From positions 743,627 to 807,626 of the forward strand of contig RHPI01000385.1 of assembly GCA_009103225.1 (NCBI GenBank): 64,000 bases of DNA, in the 5' to 3' direction. Positions 25,051 through 36,693 of the stretch are shown here, one piece after another. The notes beneath the pieces are model-generated. The model made no database searches and had not been told where the DNA came from. It saw only the letters and a program-made list of their open reading frames with translations. Both the position numbers and the translations under genes were made by a program. Numbering within the stretch: position 1 is the stretch's first letter; each line of letters opens with the position of its first letter. Origin of the DNA: Chlorokybus atmophyticus. Taxonomy: Eukaryota > Plantae > Mesostigma and Chlorokybus algae.

Positions 25051-28000
25051 GATGTCTCATCGGCTATGATCAGCCCTGTGCTTGCCATCATGCCTTGTGT
25101 AGTTCATCATGCTCAAAGCCGCGCAGGCTCTAGAGCAGACCTACATGAGAGCACACCCACAAGCACTACACACGCTTGCGTAGTGTGGGTCCCCACTTGG
25201 TCTCATCTTACTTACCACATAAGTAAGGGACAGAGAATGACACCTGCCTGCCCTGTGGGCGTGACAGTAATATAAGTATAGATAACCAACTTGTTACCAC
25301 ATTATTAAACTTAATACACATGCATCAAATGCATGAATACATATGCTAACATACGAAATTGGCTTTCCAGTTAAAAGCATTTGAGCAATGCAACGCCCCT
25401 TAACGCCTTCCGAGTTTAAAGTGGGCATAGAGGGCTTATGAGCATCAATACGCATTACACAGCCTCCTATAGTAGCGTTTTTTGCTACCATGGCCTAGTT
25501 GGCAAAGCCCCGCGTTACACCCAAAGTATGGTTATGTAGTTTCATAAACACAGACATAGTGTTAATAAGGTGCACTCGGAGCGCATTGCCTGCAGCTCAT
25601 TTCATATATGCCAATTAAATTGTGCTCATTGCTCAATCGTGCGTTTGGTATGCACATGCATAATTGTATTAAAATCCACAACGTCGCAAATTTTACACGG
25701 TAACTATCCAAGGACTGAGGGACTGACGGGTACCTGCCTCTGCCTGAACTAATGGATTGGTCCATAAAGGGACTTATAAGACGGCCGGTGCTATTCAACA
25801 ACATTTAATAACGGACAGCGGTCGGCCGATAGCTACACGCAATTAAAGCCTGCCTGCGATGATGGTAACGTGATGTCACCGCATCTTTAAGTAACGGCCG
25901 ATTGCCAGTCGTTTTATTTGCTCGATAGCGACCTATCTAGCATAGCAGACAATAACCTTTCGGTCAATTTTTGCGACGGTCGGCCGCCGGTCATACTATA
26001 ACCATCTTACGGTATGCGCGGTGGCTTGTCTATGATGGCAAAACAATCACTGTCAGTCCCTTTCCGTGACCTGCCCGCTTGTTGATAAGTGACGGCAGAC
26101 CACCGGTCGTCCGTTAGTGCGGCGGCGACCTACCGAGTATGACAATTAAGTGACCGCCCGTCCTTTATTGCCGGCGAGCAATGCGGAACGATGGTACATG
26201 CAACTATCGGACCATACAAATGGTACGAAAATCCTATTATTACAATAGCACCATCGTACCATTTTCATGATACGATGGTGTCATTGTAACAACGCATTTA
26301 AATCACTTGAATTGCTTAAGGTTCAAACGCTCAACGGCTTCAAGCACGTTGAACAGTTTAGTCGTGCATCGGCGGCGGCAACGGCTAACATTAAGTTTGC
26401 TTGGTGCTGTAACGTTGTGTTATGCGCAACATCGCATGCAGCCTGACCGCTCTTCTGATCTCAGGGCGGCTAGGCCAGGCCAGGCCAGGCGGCGGCGGCG
26501 GTATATGGCAAGCAACAGCATGTGTATATAAGTTGTCACACGGTGAGCATTGGTGTGTATGTTGCTGTTGATGGCGCTGGTGTTATTGACTTGTGGTTGC
26601 AGGAGCGGCGATGGACAAGGAGCGGCGGCGGCAGTGGAGCGCAGGAGCGACGGCAGAGTATAAGGCCTTGGATTGGGGTGGAAATAGTAGTAGTAGTAGC
26701 AGCAGCAGTAGTAGCCGCTCACAGTAGTTCATGTTGTAGCATTGTACCAATATGCCTTGCAACACAAGTAATATGTTATTGTATGATTATTTCATCATTA
26801 TTGACGACACTCACGTGAGGTATCTAATCATGATTAAACGGTACCCAACAGTGCTTTTTAAAGGTACCCTTCAGTAACGGCAGGGATCATGAGGTACTTG
26901 TCAGGTACAATCAGTTGGTGTACAGTCGCCGGTACCTATTTTTAAGGTACCGGTTAGTTACTTGTCAGTTAGGTTAAGTCCCTTTTGTATGGCTGCTGGG
27001 TATCCTTACATGTACCTGTCAGTTAGAGCTAGTCCTTTTAAGCAGACGGTCGTCGACTGATGGTAACGGCCGTTATGCTCAGGCTCCTGTATCGAAATCG
27101 CCGGCAGACCAAACAACGACAGTCTGACTGAGTATCCTCAGACCCACGACTGTCTTATATATTTAATCGACCGTCAGGGGTAACATTTTGCGACGGATAC
27201 ACAGACCGTTCCGTCAAATAAGGTAACACACACGAAACCACAATTGAACATGGAGATATAAGTACATCAAAGATAAGAAATGCAAGATGTTGCGGTGTGT
27301 AATGGGTATCATGCATTACGATAAATTGAGATTACCTAAGCATGGTTATCGGCCATTTAAATGTGGTTTTTTGGTTTGAAAGCAATAGTAATGCACATGG
27401 AGCGCGAGTGATAAATGAGTAACTGTATTATCGTGGATAGTTCAAACCCACATGTAAGTTATACAACTAAAATAATTAACTTTAATGACACAATGTGAAG
27501 ATGGCATTATGTTTTGCAATATAACACACGCATAGTGTGCGTCGCACACGCACATATGGTTGGAGGCTCCTACCCCTTATGCATATATGCGAGTAATACC
27601 ACATATAAGCTACAAGCGGTGGCATGATACGAGATGGGCTATGTCGGAACACATATGTGTTGAAGCGTTAAGTGCAATGCTTGTTGCTGATGCTTACAGT
27701 GTCTGACTTACTTGCATATGAGAGGAACTGTCCTGAATATGTTAGCTGTTGTGCACAATGCTAGTGGGTTATTGCTTGCAATGCACACGCAATGTTAGCA
27801 TTAAGCATACGACCAGCGTATAAACACAACAATTGACCCACCACCCAACCAATTGCGTCCGGGAATAACACATGTGCTCGCATGTGATGCATGCAAATGC
27901 AACGTCAGCACGCGCACACACACACTTTGTTTATGCGCACGCATTCTTGACTGTCACTATTACAAAGTACCATATGGGAACCTGTTGCTGAGAATGTCTA

Positions 28001-29229
28001 CATCTTACCATATCATAAAACCCCACCAAGCTATGCGTTTCAGTTTATAATTTTAGTAATTGTGGACTTGAATGCATAAGTCTAGCCGCCCAGAAGTTAG
28101 TTAAAATTTATGAAGTCCTCTTGCCGACTGAGGTATTTTACAGGATTTTATGGCACTATCAGGGTCAGTTGGGAACCAACCACTATGTTAAGTAACCACT
28201 TAGGAGTGGTTACGAAAAACGTTATATCAGCGACTTTGCTGATATAACGTTTTTTTTCAGTTATTTACATATTGCCCCTTTGCACAATCAAATGTGCTTA
28301 AAAATACAATATTTATTATTTATTAGCACACATTATTTATCAGCACAGTCATCATGGGTGATATAACCAAACGTTGCAATATTGCAGATATTAATGCAGC
28401 TGTTATTAGTGCTCATGTCGTGATAATGATGACATCTAGCAACTTTAAGCTATGTTTGCTCAACTTAATTAAGTCAATAAAGGCTAAATGAAAACAAACA
28501 CGTGGCAGACAGTATCTGAGCATGCATAATGTACACGTATACCAATATCATACAGTGTATATGTATGGGTATATATTATAGATATATATATGTATGTGTA
28601 CATGTTATATACGTTTAGGCGCGTGTGTGTGTATCAACAACGCGAGACGTGGTAGCTCCTGCATTGTGTCATGCATAGTGCACTGCAGGCGTACATCTTC
28701 ACATACACTCAACCATCGCGCTACACTACTATATCGAGACTATTAACTACACCACGTATTACATATATTGTCCTGCTTGAATATACAATGCACGTATAAA
28801 TATGTACACTCTTACGATATGTACATATATACTTACTATTGTGTTAAACGTGAAATTGAAATTCCATACTCCTGCGACGATTGCTAAAGTCTTGTTCGTG
28901 TTTCTGTTCAATTTTTGTACGTTCATGTTGAGCATGGTCATAAGCGAGGCTTATTGGTTCGTCATAACAAAATAGTGTTATTGTAACAAAGAAATAGTGT
29001 TAATGTTAAAATCATGGTTATTTGCTCGACAGACGAAGCCAAAATCTGGTTAGTTCCCAGCCCTAGGCACTACGGCATCTTGTCAAGCTGCTCAGAGCAA
29101 CTTGCGAGTCTTGCATCCTGCAACACTGGCAAGACTCCCTAGTTCAGTGGACTTGCATTATGCAAGTCCAACGTTGGACTCCAAACTAATGCGCTGCATT
29201 TGCGCACGGCGGCTTGCTGGCAGCAGCCA

Positions 29230-32200
29230 CCCCGCCAGCGGCGGCGATGAGCGCCTGCCAGTTGCAGCAGGCGCACGCGTTGAGGTTGGCCAAGCTGCTG
29301 ACCTCACCTTCAGCTGCCTTTGCACTGCAGGTGTGGCCAGGGTTGACGAAGCACATGGGTTGAGCACAATCATGCACAGTATAGCTTGGCATTGGTGAGG
29401 GGAGCCCTTGCATGTCCAAAGATTATATGACAAGTCCAATTCTAGTGTAGGTTTCTCCTTATACCAAGTAGCGTACAGTTTTGCAAGCATTAGGGTTTGA
29501 GATGAGAATTGTGGGCGTGCAACTGCATGTGCAACGCGCCGTTTCTGGGTGCTGAAGGACTGCTCAATTCATTGGGTTTGGTGGCGTTTAGGCTCACTCC
29601 AACAGCTGCCTCTTGAGATTGCTCAACTTGCTCGTTTCGTTTGCTAAAACCGCTTCAACAAGTGTTGGTGAGCATGGCAGCAGCAATTAGTCACTTGCTG
29701 CCAACCGTCACGCAAGTCGTGCAGCAGTTGACAGAGTGCGCATGCGTATGCTACTGGTGCGTGTCATGTGACTCGCGAATGTCCGTCCAATGCAGCAATT
29801 TCATGTCTTCAATTGCAGACGTTTACACACTGCAAACGCTGTCGGTGTATGGCTGGGCAGGGAATCAGAGAGTCAACAGACTGGCTTACAAAGGGTGAGG
29901 TTGGCGGTGCTGCGAGCGTAGAGGACAACACGTTGGAGGTGCTCAACCTGCTGGTAACGGCTGCTCAGAGGTCGCCTTTTGCCAATGTGTCCCACGCTGC
30001 TTGGCTCGCCCTCGCGAAGATTGTGTCACACTTGGGGCAGGTTGGTGCGAGCTAATGCTCATGGTAGTGTGTTCACTCGCACTGGTATTAAGTCACTCAT
30101 GTTGGTTTAGGCTTTCCAGAGTCATCTCATAGTCGTTTGGGCATGCGACGATGATCAGTGCCGTTTTTTAGCGTTGTTTTGGCAGCTGGCAGTGCAATAG
30201 GCATGCACACGAGCGGCAGCAGGACAAGCGCACCACCATGCTGATAATGTTACAATTGTTGTTTAAGTGTCACTCCCAATTGCTGTGCGTATGCAGGCGC
30301 AGGTGCTTCAGTTGGACACGCAAGTTGTAAAGCCGACAGTGGAACGGACAGCCTTCCATCTGGCAAGCACTTGCGTCAGCGCCAACAGCGATGATGATGC
30401 CATTTGTGTGTGGGGCGAGTTTCCTGTGCGCGGTGGACCCGCCAGCACCAGTGGCCGACATGCAGTAAGCACCAAAATTAGCGTTGACTACTTTCTGCCA
30501 TGGTATTGGTTGCTGCCATACCTTGCCATCGGGTGCCTGTCCCAAGTATGTGTGTCCCAAGCCATGGCACCAAGCTCAAAAATCAGTTACGTTGGAAGCT
30601 TTCTGCTTGTATGTGCATGTGCATTCATTTCACGTCTGTGCCCACCGGGGGAGGATTTGTGATGTGGGTCCAGTGTTGGATGTAATCAAGGCAACACACG
30701 TGTGAACCAGTGTATCAATTACAGAAATGGACAATTAGACGCTAGATGGATCTGAGAAGTTGCAGACCAACAAGTCGGTCACAGTTTAAGGCACCCAATC
30801 CAACACAACATTCTCCTGCAGTACTGGGCTGTTGACTCCCACGTGCGGATGGCAAAGCAGCAGGGCAGGTCAGCGACAGCACACCTACAAGGCATGCTGA
30901 CATGCGCTCTTGCTGTTGGTCGAAAACTGCACAAGGTCAGTACTACACAACAACGTTGATTCATGACCGCCATGACCGCAGGTGTTGACGCATTTGCCTT
31001 GGTTGACATCAGGAAGAAGGCTGGAGGGACATAGCACTTGCGGGCTTTGAGCTCCCTCAGCTCCTCGCGCGTTCGCCAACAGAGCTCACAAATCAAAGTG
31101 TGTGCAAGGCATGTGCATACAACAATTTGTGCTGTTATGTTGTGTATGATTGCGTACCAGCACTAGACAGCATGTGTAAATGCACTGTGTTGTTGGCTGA
31201 GCCTTGGTGCACTTACTTCTTGGCTGGCTGGCTGTATCGTGTCATTGACGAGACTAGTTGTGTGGCAGACCCCAAGGCGGAGCAATCCGCCCATGCAGCT
31301 GAATGCTGCCGCATAGCATTGGAGTTGTGTAATGCGCGCATGTGCGTTGCTCACAACGAGGTGATGACGAACAGTGGCGGCAGCCTAGACGGCAGACACT
31401 TGCAAGGCTGGCGAGAAGCCAGCAGCCATGCAGTTGGTGCACACACTCTGGACAGCATGCTGTGGCTCGTAAGATGCGCCATTCATCTCAGGCACTGGTT
31501 GCGCGTGCTGGGTGCGGAGGGCAAGACAAAGTGAGATACTTGGCTCACACTCATCGCTGCATAGTATTGGACGCAATTGCACTGAGCAACCGCTGCTTTG
31601 TGCACATACATGAGGACATTGACCTAGTGGGGTGATTCATTGATGTTGTGTGTGCTGCACACAGTGCATGCATGGAGACTTCTTCGAAGGTGCTGTGGCT
31701 AGCAGGCATTCACGTGGCGTTTTGCAAGTTTGACAAGTGCACTTTGTTGCTGATTGAGAGCGAACGGTGGGCACTGGTGCACGAGCTGTGGACCCTGATT
31801 GCGTGCCTCGCTGTTCCTTCCAGGCAAGTACTCGTGTTTTCTCCTTACACCAACTTTGCTGCACCCTCAATGAGTGCAGCACGTTGTGCCACTCTGGTGC
31901 AGTACTTGACACTCGTGCATGGCGCAGATTGCAGAGCAGCGAGGAGCCGCATGTCAAGAGGAGGCGCACGAGTCAAGAGCCTGCTTCTGCCTCTGAACTA
32001 ACTTACAGCCAACCAGCAGCCAACCCCCAGCCCTCATGTCCCGCCGACATAACGTTAACCGCGCTCGCACTCTCCGCACTCCTCGTGTCTGCCACAGGCA
32101 GGGAACGCCCCACCAATGTGGACTCGCATGTGCGCGAAAAGCAGCTGCAAACGCTGGCGATGGTTTACCGCATGCTGCAACATCTTCTACCCACCGAGCA

Positions 32201-33625
32201 GGCTAAACTTGAAGAACTACTAAAGCACGCTGCATATGCGCCAAGTCGTACTCAACTGCCTGCAAGCGATGGTGATGCGCGCACAGCGGTTGCTGTTTTT
32301 TTTGAGAAGCAGCTAGATTTGGTTGCCGACGCTTCTCTGACTGTTCTGCTGCTTGAGATGGTTACTGCTCTCACTGCAGATGTGAGTAGTAGCAAGTCAG
32401 CGGCACATGTTGCGTCCATGTGGGCGCGCAGCGCACGGCGTGTTCACGCGTACCAGCTGGGAGAGGCACAGCTGACGGACCCGCCCTTGCCCGAGAGCAG
32501 CATGAAGAAGAGCAGAATGAAAGGCACTCTGTTGTGCAAGTATTTCCGGGCTCATCGACACTCGCCATACATAGTTGCCAGAGCTCTTGACCAGATGGGC
32601 ATCGTGCCAGCCGTAAACTTTGCCGCCAGCTGTCTTCTTGCGGTGGAAGAGCTGTACAAGATTGAGTCAGGCGGAGCAGTCAGGCGGAGCTCCCTGCGAC
32701 AGTCGTGTTGGGCGAGTCTGTCAACCGCCACAGCGCCGGCAATACTCGACGTGCTGGCTATGAGCGCGTTGTCCCGCCTGCATGAAGTCCTCCCTATGAG
32801 TCCCCCACATGAGGCGGTTGTAAGCTATCTGCAGCTTCACGCGCACGTGCTACAGATGGTGCAGTTGTTGGAAGGCATGTCTCCCGCGTCTTTCGTGCGT
32901 GTCGGCCTCCGCGTCCTGTCGTTGACGCTGACAGCTGTCACGCGCAAAGCAGCTGTTCGACTGTCGAAGCCTCTGCTCCTGGAGTTGTTGCCGCTGCTGA
33001 AGTATTTGGCTTTGCTCTTGCGTGAGCTGTGCAAAAGCCTTGAAGAACGAGTCGGCACAAAGGTAACACGCGCTCGTTGCTTGTCTGGCAGCACTTGACG
33101 ATACGTAAATGTTATGTGCAGTTCCATAAGCAATTGTGCTTGTTGTGCCTGTCCTTGCGCTGTTGTGCACGCGCGCCGCGAAGCGCATGTGTGTACGTGT
33201 GTGGGGGGGGGGGGGGAAGGGGCGCATGTGCATGTCTGCGTGTGACACTTATGTTCAAGCGGTAAATTTATGTGTTATCACAGTCATACAAAGTCAAGGC
33301 AACCGAGGCGGTGCACCGTCTCTTGAAGCGGTTGCGCAAGCTGGCGGAAGCCCACAAGTTGCCGCGGGTGTCGGCAGCAAATATGGACACTCGCACACCA
33401 GTGCGTGCCATGGCGCGGCGCGCAGAAGACGAGGAGTGCTGGCTGTTGGACCTGTCCAAAGCACAACCAGCTAATGAGCTTGCCGTTATCAAATCTCACA
33501 GCAGGGATGCAGCGAACATACTATCCAGTGAGGATGCTGAGGTGTTTGAGCCGGACGATTGTGGACTCACCAGTGACACAAGCGATGACGAGGATGCCTT
33601 TTTCATCAGGCCGGTCCACAGCTGA
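29230..33625 (+). CDS. Large multi-exon hypothetical protein, alpha-helical (HEAT/ARM-like composition); 5' structure unresolved and may be more than one gene
   Basis: Long Leu/Ala-rich exon within ORF 31767-33098 ending GTK|gtaaca. Terminal exon ...KVKATEAVHRLLKRLRKLAEAHK...DTSDDEDAFFIRPVHS* (stop 33625). Upstream exon-like segments near 29590-29670, 29900-30040, 30295-30400, 31210-31530 and 31680-31820. Confidence 0.55.
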
Positions 33626-34168
33626 AAGAACCCTACACTAGTCTACTGCCTCCAAAGGCTGGGAGCAGCTTCAAAGACACAACATGCGCATGTCAACTGG
33701 CTGTGTTCAGACTCTGCTGTTGGCACTCGGCTGCGGCTATCCAGACCAGACATTTCGTGCGTCCAGTCAGAGTGTTCCACTTGCGCGACACTTGCTGCCG
33801 GTGACGCCCTCGCACCTTGCTCCGGAAGTCCTCTTGACAGGTGGCAACCAGCCCGAGGTCACATTGGAGGGTCTTGAGAAAGTATATGTGCAACACAACA
33901 GCCGGTGGCAGCCGATGCGCCTTACGAACACTGGCGGTGGGCGGCAGGACGATGCAGTATGGCTGTGTGTGTAATTTGGGAGTTTTGCCATGACTTCCCT
34001 TGCAGCTTCGCGCAGTGAGTTGCTGACAGTGAGGAGGATGCTTAGAGGGACTGATGCCACAGTGTACTCGTTGCCATCCATCCCCTTACTTTTGATCTGT
34101 GCCTATGTATGTCAGTGATGGAGGTACCAATGGCTGAGAGTGTTGCATGGTGCTTTTCTGATTCATAT

Positions 34169-34486
34169 CTATGCAAAAGCAGCTTTGCGACACAGCCCGT
34201 TAGCTATTATACAAAAATGATGTGCGCAAGTGTCACAGGACGCATCGACACAATGACCTGCGTACCAATGGATGGTGAGAGGCGGGATGCACCAATGATT
34301 TCGTACGCATCAGCTCCTGTAGCACTGTCAGCAGAAGTTGCAGCACTTCAAATGGCTCAGAGGCAGCAGTACCACCTGGCATTGTGCATGTGTATTATTA
34401 AGTTAGGCACATGTCCACCCCTGCTGCCGCTGCGCGTACATACTGGCAACTGCGGCATACACAATTCATCATGTGGCCTAGGATAC
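34169..34486. repeat. 318-bp segment duplicated in inverted orientation at 39485-39802
   Basis: The two copies read as exact reverse complements (same translated peptide in ORFs 34109-34567 + and 39416-39943 -). Confidence 0.9.
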
Positions 34487-34661
34487 AAGCAGTATGCTTG
34501 TCACTACATAGGAAAAGTTGGTATGTACCGATGCGCAATGGTTACTGTATTGAGGCATCGGCATTGACCTCAGTACGTGAGTTTCAACATCCTACTTGCT
34601 CAGCATGGTAGCAAGACAGCATGTCAGCAAGGGCAGTACCCGAAAACACACACAATGCTTG

Positions 34662-35769
34662 TCATCCGATTAAGCTATCGTACAGCAACCTGAGGATGAT
34701 TGCAACCCGATACAGCACTACTTCGCACCATATACCGCAGACCCGAAGCCACATCTCCATCATCCAACCTCCAATCACCCCAACGCAGCCCGGGAGCACC
34801 GTGCGTACCAACTCGGGAGGCGTGTAAAAGTCCTCCTGCTTGGCAATCTGCCAGGGCGTCTGCTCCGTCGGCGGCGTGAACCTGATCTTTGACACCACAC
34901 GGATGTGCTGCCGCGCAAAGAGATACACCAGCGGGTATGCGGAGTACACGATGTCGGTGTGAAGGTGGTTGGTGGAGGCGTCCCAAGCTGCAGGCATGTG
35001 TTGAGTCAGCAGCACTAGCAACAACATGGCGGACTCAACATGCGACGTAAGACAGTCAGTTGTGGAAGTGTCTCGCTCGCCCGCTCCTAACATGGTTTCT
35101 CCACATGCGTATGTATGCGCGTATGTGCGTGTGCATGCGCGTGTCAGAGTCCTCCTTTGAGTGTTAGGAATGTGTCTGCGCACGCACACGCGCGTGTTGA
35201 CAGCACGTGCGCACGTGCACGCGTATCTATGCGCATGTGTGCAAAGAAGTGTGGAAGCGCGTGTGAGAGTCAATTGTGTAGCGCTGTCATTACGCAATAC
35301 TGTGCATAATGTTGCCAACACTTGCCAGCATCACACAGCTGTTGTGTACCAACAGCACCACACTCCCTCTCTCAGGAGGCCAGAGAACCTCGCTGCTACT
35401 CGAGTCACACATACTCACACACTTACCCGTTTCAACCTTCTCTATCTCAAAGCGTCTCCCCGCCGCTCCACACGTCAGTCCCCACAGCATGTACGTTCTC
35501 ATCACCCCCTCTCTTCTCCTCGCGTGGCAGAGCGGGTGGACGAGTTCCGCCTCTGGCGCCACGTATGTCGCGAACGCCGCCGCCACGCGCGAGGGGTCCG
35601 TGCTGAGCAGGTTGGGCAGGATCTCGCTGCGGAAGACGTGGGAGGGACCGGAGGTGAGGTACTCACGGTTGTTGGGGGTGGGACTGGTGGGACTTGTGGA
35701 GGTGGTGGTGGTATTGTTGGTGGGTTTAGACAGGGTGTCGGCTGGCTCGGGGCCGCGTCTGCGGGCCAT
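34662..35769 (-). CDS. NTF2/SnoaL-like domain protein with hydrophobic C-terminus. Exons 35769-35427 and 34987-34662
   Basis: Exon 1 ...FATYVAPEAELVHPLCHARRREGVMRTYMLW...FEIEKVET-G|gtaagt joins in frame to cag|AWDASTNHLHTDIVY...VSKIRFTPP...WQIAKQEDFYTPPELVRTVLPG. The pattern fits NTF2-like folds. Confidence 0.65.
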
Positions 35770-36348
35770 GATAGAGTGTGGTTTGCTGTCCTTGCAAGAG
35801 ACTTCTTCAAAAGAGTTGCTGCAGCAACAATTATGTCAGCGCGTGGTGCTTAAAAGTTCTGTACATTGTTATGCATCTGCTGCTGTTGGGTGTACATACC
35901 CAGGCTCAGCAGTTGCATGCAGGGACAGGCTGCACTACACAGGACATGTGCATGCTGCTGCTTATATGCATTCACATGCTGTATGCGCAGTGTGCAACAA
36001 CAGTGTGCAGCCAACAACCAATCCGGCTGAGTTTACACAGCCGGATTGGTTGCAACGTTGCCTCATCCAGCACAAAGTGGACAAGGCAGACACAGGCAGA
36101 TATAACATGGCAGACCTGCACACTGTCCGGATGGTCTGTCAGTCTTCAGTAACACACTCAACAACTCTTAGACTTGCATGCTGCTTGGAAAGCAACCCCA
36201 CTTGACATGCATACAACAACCCTTAGCGCTGCAACTGACCTCACCTCACTGACTGTTGTCAAGGCCGCACCACACACAGCGCCGTCGATTGCACTCACTA
36301 AAGGAAGCGAAGGCAGCAAGGAGAGCGTGTACTAACCTTGAGAGGGGT

Positions 36349-36377
36349 AAACAACAACAACAACAACAACAACAACA
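36349..36377. repeat. (CAA)n microsatellite
   Basis: Direct reading. Confidence 0.95.
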
Positions 36378-36693
36378 CGCAAGCGTTTCCTCAACACCTG
36401 TCCTGCTGCTTGTACCCAGTGCATGCACAAGCGGCATGCCTGATCACCGCATCAGAGCTTGACCTGCGTGGCTACTGGACCCGGATCCAACTGAACTACT
36501 CGCTTGGGACAAACCGGGTTGCGGATTGTCGAGGAGGATCAAAGATACGTAACGGGGCGGGGGTGGAGGTAACTGGGATACGTTCTTGTTGCAACTTGTG
36601 ACCCGTCTGCTGCGTTCTCATTGGCCCTCTGCCGCCGCCGCTGAGGACGACAACGTCCGTGGCGATAGCGGCGGTCGAGGCGGAGGCAGAGTC

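Noticed and set aside
26307-26818. Short Arg/Ser-rich ORFs around GGC and AGT/AGC triplet runs
   Set aside because: Explained by low-complexity triplet repeats; no splice-consistent gene model.
28215-28257. Rho-independent terminator call for the hairpin plus T-run
   Set aside because: Eukaryotic nuclear context with no upstream bacterial-type gene; kept only as an unexplained structure.
29230-33625. Naming the large helical gene as FANCD2, FANCI or C1orf112/FLIP
   Set aside because: Only vague resemblance in composition; no diagnostic motif could be matched without a search.
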